From Candidatus Levyibacteriota bacterium (GTDB lineage: Bacteria > Patescibacteriota > Microgenomatia > Levybacterales > UBA12049), in the NCBI GenBank assembly GCA_963790825.1, contig CAWBPM010000003.1, positions 189,681-253,680 of the forward strand: a stretch of DNA of 64,000 bases, written 5' to 3'. The translations under genes and the position numbers were made by a program. Under the pieces are notes generated by a model. That model worked only from the letters and a program-made list of their open reading frames with translations, searched no databases and was not told where the DNA came from. Positions within the stretch are counted from its first letter, which is position 1; every line of letters starts with the position of its first letter. Below are positions 28,172 to 39,793 of this stretch, in pieces.

Positions 28172-28419
28172 TAAACTTCTCCGAATATTTGCTCATGAGA
28201 AAATACATCACCTTTTTTATAATCTACCCTTGCTTCTTTGATGCTTTTAAGATAGTCCTTATTAGACAGAGCAAGTAAATCCTCAAACAAATCAATGTTA
28301 ACTAAAGCAGAAGTTATTTTACCTTTCTTAGCAACTAAAAGAAAATCTTTATTTTCGTTTACTTCATTTAATGCGTCGGAAAGATTATTTCTTAAAACAG
28401 TAGCATTTACAATATTCAT
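28171..28419 (-). CDS. Phd/YefM family antitoxin
   Basis: VNATVLRNNLSDALNEV N-terminal pattern; 1-nt overlap with the toxin gene. Confidence 0.88.
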   Translation of the reverse strand: MNIVNATVLRNNLSDALNEVNENKDFLLVAKKGKITSALVNIDLFEDLLALSNKDYLKSIKEARVDYKKGDVFSHEQIFGEV

Positions 28420-28423
28420 GTTA

Positions 28424-28457
28424 ATTATAATTATACATTATAAATGTACATTGTCAA
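28424..28457 (-). promoter_or_regulatory. TA promoter with palindromic operator
   Basis: TTGACA-N16-TATAAT containing the palindrome AATGTACATT (TGTACA core as in yefM-yoeB operators). Confidence 0.65.
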
Positions 28458-28660
28458 GTAGCTAATCTTACGAAGCCTTTTATAACGTCTCACTTAGCCT
28501 TGAAATAATCCATCAATTATAATGATAGAAGGGTCAACAACGGCTCGAACATTTGCTATAAATACATAGGTGATAATTACTAAAGCGAAACCGTTCACAA
28601 CCTCTTCTGTTGACTTTTTTTAACCTTCTATATAATAATAGTAATTAAGGATATATAAAT

Positions 28661-28966
28661 ATGGGGCTAGTAATTTTTATTATCGTACTATTTTATTCTT
28701 TTTACTTAATGGATAAAATAAAAGAGAGAAGTAAAAAAGACGGATCGTTAACGCGTAGCGAGAAGATCCAAATTATTATTACCGAAGTCTTTAATCCAAT
28801 CGTTGCCGGTGCAGTTTATTATTATGGTTGGAAAAAAACAATGCCCAAAAATGCAAAATGGGCGAATCGATATTCTTGGTATGTTTTTGGCGCACTGATA
28901 CTTCTTGGTATTCTATGTGTCGGCATATTATACGTTTTATATCCTCCATTTACTTCAAGATCATAA
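28661..28966 (+). CDS. Small hypothetical membrane protein
   Basis: 101 aa with 2-3 hydrophobic segments. Confidence 0.65.
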   Translation: MGLVIFIIVLFYSFYLMDKIKERSKKDGSLTRSEKIQIIITEVFNPIVAGAVYYYGWKKTMPKNAKWANRYSWYVFGALILLGILCVGILYVLYPPFTSRS

Positions 28967-29050
28967 ACATTATGCTCCAAGACTATTAACTACACTATCA
29001 AATAATTCTTCCGTTTCGTAGCATTTTTTGCTACAATCTACAGTAGAGAT

Positions 29051-30028
29051 ATGGCTGTTCGCGTAGAAACGGTGCATCGAATTTCCCGCCCTCCTAAAGA
29101 TTCACGCGTTATTAACCTTTATAGCTGGAATGTAGAAAACCTGCAAAATCAGGAGGCAATTCTTTCAGGGCTGTCTGATATAACCCAGGAAGCAGAAAGC
29201 CATCCGGATGAACCAACAATCGTTGGTCTACAAGAAGCCCGTTCACATAAAGGTATGCGGCAAACTATTAAGCTGTTGCGAGGTGGGGTATTTTCACGGG
29301 AGTGGAACATTCAACATACAACTCATGCAGGTATTTTAGGCCGAAACAAGGAAGGACTGCTTACTGCTTCAAGGGGTTTAATTCACAAGAAAAAAGAAGA
29401 GATTCTTCTTCCGCCACCGACACGTTACTCTTCTTTTGCTGAGGCACTTGGTGATTCCAGACATAGCATGGCTGGATTGTCATTACTCTATACCACTACC
29501 GATAATCAGGATTTGCTTGCTATAAATACACATCTTCATGACTATATCGGACCGGAAGGTCATGACTGTCGTAAAGGAGAATTAGAACAAATAGCAGCCG
29601 ATTCGCGGAAGAAAAAGGCTCATATCAAATTAGTGTTTGGGGATTTTAACTCGTTAGGATTCCCATATATTGAGCCTAGGAGATTTGAACAAAGAATGGA
29701 GGATTTATTTTCCGCTCTTGGTCCTGCTTTGCATCTTACTCCTAATCTTGACACGTATGATATGCTGGCAAGTTTTGATAAGGATATGAAAATTGTTTTT
29801 AAGAAATTACTTGGTGGCTTAAAATTCTTACAAATTATTCCTTTGATCCGAGGCAAACATCGAGAGCGACTCGATCAAGCAGTATTACTACTTCCTGAGG
29901 ATAATAACTCAACTCCTGTGCCGATTGAAGATGTACAAGTAGAATCATTAGACATACCGGGTTCTGACCACAAACCATTTCGCCTCAGATTTCGCCGCTC
30001 GCGCCAGTCGGTAGAGCAGAACTACTAG
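29051..30028 (+). CDS. Endonuclease/exonuclease/phosphatase (EEP) family protein
   Basis: SWNV, GLQE, NTHL, GDFN, LD and SDHKP motifs. Confidence 0.85.
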   Translation: MAVRVETVHRISRPPKDSRVINLYSWNVENLQNQEAILSGLSDITQEAESHPDEPTIVGLQEARSHKGMRQTIKLLRGGVFSREWNIQHTTHAGILGRNKEGLLTASRGLIHKKKEEILLPPPTRYSSFAEALGDSRHSMAGLSLLYTTTDNQDLLAINTHLHDYIGPEGHDCRKGELEQIAADSRKKKAHIKLVFGDFNSLGFPYIEPRRFEQRMEDLFSALGPALHLTPNLDTYDMLASFDKDMKIVFKKLLGGLKFLQIIPLIRGKHRERLDQAVLLLPEDNNSTPVPIEDVQVESLDIPGSDHKPFRLRFRRSRQSVEQNY

Positions 30029-30054
30029 ACAATATGTTTATTGGTTTTAGTTAC

Positions 30055-30077
30055 AAAAAAACCCGCTCGTTAGCGGG
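30055..30077 (-). terminator. Intrinsic terminator of groESL
   Basis: Minus strand CCCGCT-AACG-AGCGGG followed by T7. Confidence 0.75.
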
Positions 30078-30113
30078 ATAATTCTTAATTTTGAATTCTA
30101 AACTTTAAATTCT

Positions 30114-32073
<1,960 letters not shown>

Positions 32074-32078
32074 ATCAA

Positions 32079-32105
32079 TTAACACTTGATAAACTTTACT
32101 GCTAA
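32079..32105 (-). promoter_or_regulatory. CIRCE-like (HrcA) operator upstream of groES
   Basis: TTAGCAGTA-N9-AAGTGTTAA versus consensus TTAGCACTC-N9-GAGTGCTAA (7/9 per arm), directly after TTGACA-N17-TATAAA (32106-32134). Confidence 0.7.
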
Positions 32106-32278
32106 TTTATACTATATAAACCAGTATGTGTCAATAGCTTATAGTAATAATGCTCTGTTGTGTCAAGTTACATGTAAAAATATCAAGGGCGCCTTGACCC
32201 AGATTAAATCGGGGTTGACACTTTTCTATTTCTTCTATACGATAAACTCAGGGGTCAAATACCCAGTGAATTTATTGT

Positions 32279-33436
32279 ATGAATTTAAGCGGTAAACGAT
32301 TGATGTTACTCGGTTTTATTACAGTACTTTTGGTAGCAATTCCTATTACGACCTGGTTAATTAGTCAGCAGCAACAAACAAAAAGCAATGCTGAGAAATC
32401 TACCGTTCTTTCATTCTCACCTGACTCAACACAATCTACTCCAATTATTAAAAACGTGGGAGATTCCATTCCCCTGGATCTCATGATCAATCCCGGCGTG
32501 AATCTTGTTACTTATGCAAAAATTGAGATCCAGTATGACCCTGCGAAGCTCGCCACTGATAGCGCAGCACCGTTCACGCCAAATACCAGCGTCTTCCCGA
32601 CGATTCTCGAAGGTCCTATTTATTTGCCCGGCAAGATTGATATATCACTTTCAATCGGCTCGGACCCGACAAAAGCAATTCAAACCCTTGCAAAAATCGG
32701 AACAATTACACTAGACTCAATTGCAGCAACAGATCCAAATACACCTACACAGGTAATATATACAACTGTCACACAAGTTCTGTCCCTCGGATCAAATGAT
32801 CAGGCAAGTGAAGATGTACTTTCAAGCGTTAATCCTGCTTTTATAGCAATAAGTAATAACACTGTAACCGGAACTCCGACAATGACACCTACTGAGACAC
32901 CTACCCAGATTCCCACGCAAACTCCTACTCCTACTACCTCTACTACTACAACTACTACAACAACAACATCTTCAGGGCCTACGGTATCTTGTAACGTCAT
33001 GTCTGCTTCGCCTTCCGCAAGTGGAGTTGCACCCTTTACTGCTACATTTACGGTCTCAGGTTCCAGTGCTACAGCAGCAAACATTAATAAGGCAACATTT
33101 AATTTTGGTGACGGGGGACTCGAAGATGTGACTAATGGCGGAGGAATAGGAACAACAACTATTACAAATGTCCAAGCCAATCATGTTTATAATTCAGCCG
33201 GAACATATAATGCGACAGCCATTTTAACAGATACTAATGGTAATACCAGTACACCGACATCATGTGCGCTTGCCATTACGGTAAGTGCCGCTTCAGGCGG
33301 AACTACTACGACGACCGTTGCTTCGACAGCTACACCGACCTTAGCACCAACCGGACCCGGAGATACATTTGTTAACAGCGGAATTTTCCTGACAATTATA
33401 ACCATTGTCGGCGGCGTCCTCTTCTTCGCACTATAA
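32279..33436 (+). CDS. Surface protein with cohesin-like and PKD domains and an LAPTG sorting-like tail
   Basis: N-terminal TM, IQYDPAKL, Thr/Pro linker, FNFGDG..HVYNSAGTY (PKD), LAPTG plus hydrophobic C-terminus. Confidence 0.75.
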   Translation: MNLSGKRLMLLGFITVLLVAIPITTWLISQQQQTKSNAEKSTVLSFSPDSTQSTPIIKNVGDSIPLDLMINPGVNLVTYAKIEIQYDPAKLATDSAAPFTPNTSVFPTILEGPIYLPGKIDISLSIGSDPTKAIQTLAKIGTITLDSIAATDPNTPTQVIYTTVTQVLSLGSNDQASEDVLSSVNPAFIAISNNTVTGTPTMTPTETPTQIPTQTPTPTTSTTTTTTTTTSSGPTVSCNVMSASPSASGVAPFTATFTVSGSSATAANINKATFNFGDGGLEDVTNGGGIGTTTITNVQANHVYNSAGTYNATAILTDTNGNTSTPTSCALAITVSAASGGTTTTTVASTATPTLAPTGPGDTFVNSGIFLTIITIVGGVLFFAL

Positions 33437-33524
33437 ATATTGGTTATTCAATAAAAAGCCTGGGACACTTTATAAAGTCTATCTTATTGACGCTCTTTTG
33501 TTTTTTTGAGATACTAGGCTACGT

Positions 33525-34328
33525 ATGGATACGATCTCCGAATCCAACTCACCGATAGTTCCAGAACCCGAAGAACCAAAACCACTTTCCAGATTGGAAC
33601 TTGCCCGCAGAGAATCTGCTTTTCAGTTTGTAGAATCGGGAGATAGAGTTGCTAATATATTAGGACAATTCGATAGTTATTTTGGTACTGAGGTTATAAA
33701 AGGAGTATCTATTGATATTATTGATGCGTATTCTTGGAAAAGCCAGATGTATACCGGAGGAGAAGCGCTGGAAATAAATAAAACAGCCGGAGTTTTTGGA
33801 TACGAAAAGGTAATATTCGCCCACCAATACTTAACAGCACAAAAAAAACAAGGAGTTGAGCTTTTTGAATCACAACTTTGGCCGGAGAAATTAGGAGTGC
33901 AGACCGAACATTATCTAGATATTACTACTCCCGATCTCGGACAAGAGCAGCAAGCGCTTGCTAAAGGATTGGCTGAAAGACCGGAATTATCTTCTGTTGT
34001 CGGCGTTCGCTATTACGCTGACAAAACTGGAAAACTTATAAAGTTGGGGTACTATCCTAAAGGGATTGTAAAAGACAAAAAACCATTTTCATCTCAGGAA
34101 TTAGTAATTAATGCAGATGTTGGGCATAATGACCCGTCAAATATCGTCGCTACTGATTATTTTATTGAAGATATAAAACCGAATGAATATGAAATGCTGG
34201 GAGCAGTAATGCATAGCATGGGGATAAAAGCACAGGAAGCTCTAGCTGAAGCAAGTATGACAGAGGAAGAAAAAATTGAGCGTTGGAGAAACAGACGAGA
34301 CGAAGAAGAAAATTCGGACAGAGGTTAA
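33525..34328 (+). CDS. Hypothetical acidic protein
   Basis: 267-aa ORF with promoter-like upstream sequence; no motif recognised. Confidence 0.65.
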   Translation: MDTISESNSPIVPEPEEPKPLSRLELARRESAFQFVESGDRVANILGQFDSYFGTEVIKGVSIDIIDAYSWKSQMYTGGEALEINKTAGVFGYEKVIFAHQYLTAQKKQGVELFESQLWPEKLGVQTEHYLDITTPDLGQEQQALAKGLAERPELSSVVGVRYYADKTGKLIKLGYYPKGIVKDKKPFSSQELVINADVGHNDPSNIVATDYFIEDIKPNEYEMLGAVMHSMGIKAQEALAEASMTEEEKIERWRNRRDEEENSDRG

Positions 34329-34334
34329 CAGTTT

Positions 34335-36164
34335 TTATCCGTTCTCAATCATTGAGAAAAGTGCTTCCTGAGGTAGATTGATTTTTCCCGTTGATAACAT
34401 CCGCTTTTTCCCCTTTTTCTGGGCTTCAAGAAGCTTATCTTTCCGCGTTCTGTCTCCGCCTGACATTTTCGCCAGAACATCTTTCCGAAATGGCGGAATT
34501 TCAGTTCGCGCTACAATAGCATTATCTAAAACTGCCTGGATAATTTGACGGAATTGTTGTCTGGGCAAAGCTTCTTTTAGTTTTTCAGTTTTCTCCCGGG
34601 CAATATGGATTCCATCTTCTTTATAGACAAGTTCTGAGAGGACATCAATAGGATTGTCATTAATGCGAATCTCTAAGCTTGCCAGATCGGCTTCTTTATA
34701 GTCCGATAATTCATAGTCCATACTGGCATATCCGGCTGTTACGGATTTTAATTCTGCAGACAGACCGCGGATAAACATACTGTAGGGCATATCGTACGAC
34801 AGCACTGCATAGATATCATGATATGCCAAATCAAGCATCTGGCCTTTATGTTTCTGACAAACAGTCATGACGCCACCGACATATTGTACCGGTGTGTAAA
34901 TAGCGAGGTGCATATACGGCTCAAGAATCATTCCGTCGTCATGCTTCTGATAAAGCACTTGAGGCATGGTTAAGAGAAGCTCTAAATTGAACTCCTGACT
35001 GAGCCGTTCTTTCACAATCTCCGCATGCAGTAAACCGAGAAACCCAACTCTAAATCCACTTCCTAGGTATGCCGAATATTCTTCCGAATAAGTTAGTGCG
35101 GTATCGTTAAGAGATAATTTACCCAAGGCTTCTCTGAGACGGACGAAATCATCTGGATATTTGGGATAAAGACCGAAAAAGACCATTGGCTTGGGTGTCG
35201 TGTAGCCGGGAAGCGGTATTACAATTTGGTCTTCCAATATAATTGTATCTCCGACGCGACATTCTCTGATATTTTTAATCCCACCAATTACATAGCCTAT
35301 TTCTCCGGCATTCAGTTTTCCTGACGACTTCAGAAAAGGCGTAAAAAAACCTACGTCTGTCGTGTCAGTTTTTACATTACTTTGGTAAAATTGTATTTTA
35401 TCACCGGTCGATACACTTCCATCAATTACTCTAACATAGGCAACAACTCCCCGGTATTCATCGTACACCGCGTCAAAAATGAGCGCCCGAAGCGGTTTAT
35501 GTATATCTCCCTTAGGTGGAGGGATTTTCACAACGATTTCCTTAAGTAGTTTATCTACATTTTCTCCTGTTTTGGCAGAGATAAAAAGTATTTCTTCTTT
35601 CCGGAAATTAAACACCTCAACAAGCTCTTTTACTACTATTTCAACCGTCGCATTCGGCAGATCAATTTTATTAATAACCGGGATCATAACAAGTCCTTCT
35701 TTTTTCGCAGCCATAAAATGCGCAACTGTCTGGGCTTGGATTCCTTGGGTTGCATCTACCAGAAGTACCGCACCCTCACAAGCAGCAAGAGTTCTGGAGA
35801 CTTCATAGGAAAAATCTACGTGGCCCGGCGTATCAATCAGATTCAGTTGATAAATTAAATCTGTATTATCTAATTCCGAATTTCTAATTTCCAAACTATT
35901 TTTGTTATTTGTATTTTGATTTTGTGATTTATTTAGTATTTCGGATTTAGTATTTCGGATTTTCGTATGATACATCATGCGAACAGGTGCAAGTTTAATC
36001 GTAATTCCCCGTTTTTTGCTGATTGGGTTTTGATCGAGAAATTGTTCTCCCAGCTTATCTTTCGCGATAGTATGGGTAATCTCAAGCATCCGGTCAGACA
36101 AAGTCGATTTCCCATGATCGATATGAGCAATGATTGCGAAATTTCTAATATGCGTCTTATTCAT
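34335..36164 (-). CDS. lepA: Elongation factor 4 (LepA)
   Basis: IRNFAIIAHIDHGKSTL, LIDTPGHVDF, GFLGLLH, GGDRTRKDKLL; likely ATG 36164. Confidence 0.97.
   Translation of the reverse strand: MNKTHIRNFAIIAHIDHGKSTLSDRMLEITHTIAKDKLGEQFLDQNPISKKRGITIKLAPVRMMYHTKIRNTKSEILNKSQNQNTNNKNSLEIRNSELDNTDLIYQLNLIDTPGHVDFSYEVSRTLAACEGAVLLVDATQGIQAQTVAHFMAAKKEGLVMIPVINKIDLPNATVEIVVKELVEVFNFRKEEILFISAKTGENVDKLLKEIVVKIPPPKGDIHKPLRALIFDAVYDEYRGVVAYVRVIDGSVSTGDKIQFYQSNVKTDTTDVGFFTPFLKSSGKLNAGEIGYVIGGIKNIRECRVGDTIILEDQIVIPLPGYTTPKPMVFFGLYPKYPDDFVRLREALGKLSLNDTALTYSEEYSAYLGSGFRVGFLGLLHAEIVKERLSQEFNLELLLTMPQVLYQKHDDGMILEPYMHLAIYTPVQYVGGVMTVCQKHKGQMLDLAYHDIYAVLSYDMPYSMFIRGLSAELKSVTAGYASMDYELSDYKEADLASLEIRINDNPIDVLSELVYKEDGIHIAREKTEKLKEALPRQQFRQIIQAVLDNAIVARTEIPPFRKDVLAKMSGGDRTRKDKLLEAQKKGKKRMLSTGKINLPQEALFSMIENG
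35872..35965. repeat. Heptamer-based imperfect inverted repeat, in frame in lepA
   Basis: ATTTAGTATTTCGG x2 (35931-35958) is imperfectly complementary to AATTCCGAATTTCTAATT (35872-35889). Confidence 0.7.
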
Positions 36165-36244
36165 ATAACGCATTGTACCTGATTCGCTAATGTAGTGCAA
36201 AAATACATTTCTATTTTTAAACTTAATTTGCTACAATAGGAAAA

Positions 36245-36931
36245 ATGGAAAAATTACATGTTCTTCTTTTTTCGGCTATTATTATTCTTTTTATCGTTAT
36301 TTTTTTTATCACTCAGAATACTCCGATTTCGAAAGATGCTTTACCAAGTATTCCCTCCCTTCCTCCGCAAGCAGCAACATTTCAACCGGTTAATCCACAG
36401 GTTCAAGGTGCACAAACGAGTGCTCAAGCGCAATCTCAAACTAACGCCCAAGTGCCTCCTCAAGCCGATAATCAACAATCCGCGCCAAGAGATATGCAAG
36501 GTCCTATAGATGCTACCGTTTCTGCTGTTATAAAAACGTCCAAAGGAGATATTCATGTGTCGTTATATGGACAACAAGAGCCTAATACGGTAAGAAACTT
36601 TCTAGCGAAAGCAACTTCGGGTTTTTATGTTAATCTTATTTTTCATAGGGTTGAAGACTGGGTTATTCAAGGAGGAGATCCGAACGGCGATGGGACCGGC
36701 GGAGGACAGATGCCTTCCGAAGCGTCTACTCAGCCGTTTGTCACCGGGTCAATCGGAGTTGCCAGAGGATCGGATGCAAGTATTAATAATGCCTCACAGT
36801 TTTTTATTACCAAAACTGATGCCGATTGGCTCAATGGTCAATACACAAATTTCGGCATCGTGACAAGCGGAATGGACGTTGTGGATAAGATTCAAATTGG
36901 AGATAAGATACTTGGGATAACGATTGAGTAG
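36245..36931 (+). CDS. Membrane-anchored cyclophilin-type peptidyl-prolyl isomerase
   Basis: FHRVEDWVIQGGDP, SQFFI, WLNGQYTNFG. Confidence 0.93.
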   Translation: MEKLHVLLFSAIIILFIVIFFITQNTPISKDALPSIPSLPPQAATFQPVNPQVQGAQTSAQAQSQTNAQVPPQADNQQSAPRDMQGPIDATVSAVIKTSKGDIHVSLYGQQEPNTVRNFLAKATSGFYVNLIFHRVEDWVIQGGDPNGDGTGGGQMPSEASTQPFVTGSIGVARGSDASINNASQFFITKTDADWLNGQYTNFGIVTSGMDVVDKIQIGDKILGITIE

Positions 36932-36956
36932 TATAAATTACAAGATTTAATGTTAT

Positions 36957-37460
36957 TTAATACGATTTATCAATAATTTCTTTGCATTCTTCCAAATTAT
37001 TTTCTTCTGTATTTAGTTTTATCGCATCTTTGTATGGATTATTTTTCAAATTATTATAAATTCTCTCGATAGTTTCGTTTCCCAGCGGCGGTCTTTTTCC
37101 CTCAGGCACTCCTTCCCGAACCAAGTCTCGTTTTTGCAGAACTTTAAGCGGAACATCTAGCTCAAATACTTTTACCGGTATTTTCATAGTTCCCGCTAAT
37201 TGTACTGCCGAATCTATTGGAGTTATATCTTGAAATACTCCGTCTAATACTACTGAAAATCCCTCTTCTAAAAGATACTTAAGCGTTGCAATTGCCGAAC
37301 CATTTACGTAAGGGAGGGCTATTGATGAATCATCGGCAAAAAAATCTTTAAAATTATCGACTTTTAACCAGACAAATTTTTCGGAAAAATTCCTGTAGCT
37401 TTTGCCAATTGTCGTCTTTCCGCTCGCCGGAGTCCCTCTAAGAATAATTACTCTTTGCAT
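36957..37460 (-). CDS. P-loop kinase (AAA_33-like)
   Basis: ILRGTPASGKTT, VVLDG; likely ATG 37460. Confidence 0.8.
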   Translation of the reverse strand: MQRVIILRGTPASGKTTIGKSYRNFSEKFVWLKVDNFKDFFADDSSIALPYVNGSAIATLKYLLEEGFSVVLDGVFQDITPIDSAVQLAGTMKIPVKVFELDVPLKVLQKRDLVREGVPEGKRPPLGNETIERIYNNLKNNPYKDAIKLNTEENNLEECKEIIDKSY

Positions 37461-37473
37461 AAGATTGAACTTA

Positions 37474-37695
37474 TTAAAGTTTCTCAAACTCATTTCTTGA
37501 AATATTTGTGTCTCGAAGAATCTTCCGCAGTAACCCAACTCCCACTTTTTCACCGGCATGCACAGGAACTGTTGTCCGTCTTCCATCTTTATGTACCAGT
37601 CTTGTATGACTTCCTTTTTGATGGATAATAAGGAAACCTCGTTTCTCTAATATAGCAATCAGTTTTCGACCTCTGATCGGAGAAAGCTTAGGCAT
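37474..37695 (-). CDS. hicA: HicA family toxin
   Basis: GF..HQKGSH..TTVPVH..GLLRKILR. Confidence 0.92.
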   Translation of the reverse strand: MPKLSPIRGRKLIAILEKRGFLIIHQKGSHTRLVHKDGRRTTVPVHAGEKVGVGLLRKILRDTNISRNEFEKL

Positions 37696-37948
37696 AGCTT
37701 TGAATGGTTATTTCTTCGATACCAAAAAAATTGGAACGTGAAAGAGGAGATGCAAGTTTCTCTTTTTTTAGATCTTTATCAGATTCCAATACCAGCTCGA
37801 TTGCTTCTTTAATTCTTTTTCGCGCCTCTTCAAGAGTTTTTCCTTGCGTGTAACAACCGGGAAGTTCAGGAACTGAAGCAATGTAGATACCATTTTCATC
37901 TTGTTCTATTAAAACTTTAAATTGTAATTCTTTTATTGTCTTTGCCAT
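37688..37948 (-). CDS. hicB: HicB family antitoxin (short form)
   Basis: YIASVPELPGCYTQGKTLEEA..IKEAIEL. Confidence 0.92.
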   Translation of the reverse strand: MAKTIKELQFKVLIEQDENGIYIASVPELPGCYTQGKTLEEARKRIKEAIELVLESDKDLKKEKLASPLSRSNFFGIEEITIQSYA

Positions 37949-38019
37949 GACATAATTATACCATGTTTTAGTGAGAGAAAATATAAGCTGGCAAGCCTTG
38001 ACAACTTTTTATACAATTA

Positions 38020-38595
38020 TTAATTAGCAGCTTTCTTTATTTTATATACTGTATGACCTCTTCTTTTTCTTATATACTTTATGTCCAAATTATGTTCTGT
38101 GCCTATTCGAGGGATTAGACGATTTAATGCACTAACAACAACAATCCAATACTCCCCATTGGGATTAAGGCGTTTATACGGATCTAAAATAAATTCTTGT
38201 GTAATAGCTTCGTCACCAATTTTAGCTGGAATATTAGAAACGATTAAATCAAACGTTTTATCTTTTACTGCCTCCACTCCTAAACTGCCTAGAGCAGTCG
38301 CATTAGTTATATTGTTCCTTATAATGTTGTACTTGGTATAACGAACAGCGAGCAAGTCACGATCAATCATGATAACTTCTGCCTCTGGATTATTTTTTGC
38401 TAATATTATTCCCAGTGGTCCATATCCGCAACCAATGTCTAAAATACTTTTAGGATTTTTTAAAGTAATAACACGGATTAATATATCAGTTCCGTGATCC
38501 ATGCCGAAAGTCGAAAATAAAGTATTCGCTATAGCAAAAATAAACTTTTGTCCGGCAAAAGGATAAATGATTTTTTTCTTAAAATAGACATCCAT
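38020..38595 (-). CDS. Small methyltransferase (RsmC/MTS-like)
   Basis: LFS..MDHGT, ILDIGCGYGPLG, FDLIVSNIP. Confidence 0.85.
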   Translation of the reverse strand: MDVYFKKKIIYPFAGQKFIFAIANTLFSTFGMDHGTDILIRVITLKNPKSILDIGCGYGPLGIILAKNNPEAEVIMIDRDLLAVRYTKYNIIRNNITNATALGSLGVEAVKDKTFDLIVSNIPAKIGDEAITQEFILDPYKRLNPNGEYWIVVVSALNRLIPRIGTEHNLDIKYIRKRRGHTVYKIKKAAN

Positions 38596-38666
38596 TTTTG
38601 GATTATAGCAGAATTGAGGCTAAAATGCGCAGTTGACAAGCCTAGGTTGGAATGGAATGATAAAAA

Positions 38667-38771
38667 CTCCCTTTCGGGAGAGGAGTAGATTCTGGACGAG
38701 TTCACCTTGCAGAAGCTTTGGCAAAGCGGGCCAGAATGACGAAAATGCTTATCCTTCGACAAGCTCAGGAT
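38667..38771. repeat. Cluster of palindromic REP-like repeats downstream of rpsG
   Basis: CTCCC-TTTC-GGGAG hairpin; GATTCTGGAC..CCAGAATGACG (family of 23284-23352); ATCCTTCGACAAGCTCAGGAT (family of the hairpin inside the att repeats). Confidence 0.7.
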
Positions 38772-38779
38772 AGCTAAAG

Positions 38780-39253
38780 CTACCACCTAAAATGGGCGAA
38801 GGCTTTATTTGCGTCGGCTTGTTTATGCATGACTTCTTTTTTCCGTACTGCTTCGCCTGCATTTTGCGATCCATCCAAGAGTTCCTGGGCAAGTTTTTCT
38901 TCAAACGTTTTAAATTCCTTGTTCGAGCGCTTTCTGGCTGCTTCAATGAGCCAGCGAATTGCCAAGGATACCTTTCGATCGCTTCTTACCTCAATCGGAA
39001 CCTGATAATTTGCTCCTCCGACTCGTCTTGCTTTGACTTCGACTTTTGGCGCCACATTCTGGAGCGCTTTCTCAAATACTTCAAGCGCATTTTGCTCTTT
39101 TTTCGCAATCAGGTCAAAAGCTCCGTAAACATTCCTTTGAGCTACTGATTTTTTACCGTCTTTCATCAAGCGGTTAATAAATTTAGTAACCAGTATGTTG
39201 TTGTATATTTGATCCGGCACTGCCGCTCGTCTTGCGACTTTTGCGTGTCTCAT
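38780..39253 (-). CDS. rpsG: 30S ribosomal protein S7
   Basis: MKDGKKS, RRVGGANYQVP, ANKAFAHFRW. Confidence 0.99.
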   Translation of the reverse strand: MRHAKVARRAAVPDQIYNNILVTKFINRLMKDGKKSVAQRNVYGAFDLIAKKEQNALEVFEKALQNVAPKVEVKARRVGGANYQVPIEVRSDRKVSLAIRWLIEAARKRSNKEFKTFEEKLAQELLDGSQNAGEAVRKKEVMHKQADANKAFAHFRW

Positions 39254-39258
39254 TTATC

Positions 39259-39696
39259 TTACGCAGCTTTCGCTGCTCCTCCCTGTCCTGATGGTTTTTT
39301 CGTTCCGTAAATACTGCGGGCTGTCATCCTTCCCTGAACTCCTGCGAGGTCAAATTTACCCCGAACAAGATGATATTTTACCCCCGGTAAATCTTTCACT
39401 CTGCCGCCCCGAACGAGCACGATACCGTGTTCTGAAAGAGAATGTCCGACACCTTGAATGTAGGCTGTTACTTCGGTCTTATTCGATAGTTTTACGCGGG
39501 CCACTTTGCGAAGTGCCGAATTCGGTTTTTTCGGCGTCATAGTTTTAACAAGTGTTACTACGCCCCGCTTTTGCGGAGAATTTACCTCGGTATAATTCCT
39601 GTCTTTCGCATTAAAAAGCCTATGAAGTCCCGTAGCGCGGATCTTTTTCGTCCGTTTCTTTCTTCCATGTTTTGCTAATTGTGATAAAGTCGGCAT
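39259..39696 (-). CDS. rpsL: 30S ribosomal protein S12
   Basis: [21 protein letters not shown]. Confidence 0.99.
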   Translation of the reverse strand: MPTLSQLAKHGRKKRTKKIRATGLHRLFNAKDRNYTEVNSPQKRGVVTLVKTMTPKKPNSALRKVARVKLSNKTEVTAYIQGVGHSLSEHGIVLVRGGRVKDLPGVKYHLVRGKFDLAGVQGRMTARSIYGTKKPSGQGGAAKAA

Positions 39697-39701
39697 AATA
39701 A

Positions 39702-39752
39702 AAATTCAGAATTTATAATTAATTCTGAGCTCTGAATTCTAGATTCTGAATT
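39702..39752. repeat. Heptamer repeats in the rpsL leader
   Basis: Minus strand AATTCAG-AATCTAG-AATTCAG-AGCTCAG followed by an inverted TTCTGAATT. Confidence 0.55.
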
Positions 39753-39793
39753 GTTGTATTATAGCACATTCTAAGCTCAGAGAAAACAGAATA

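Noticed and set aside
32870-32975. ACT/ACA/CCT tandem repeats (also 3355-3420) as an array or CRISPR
   Set aside because: They encode Thr/Pro linkers of surface proteins. No repeat-spacer array or cas gene was seen in the window.
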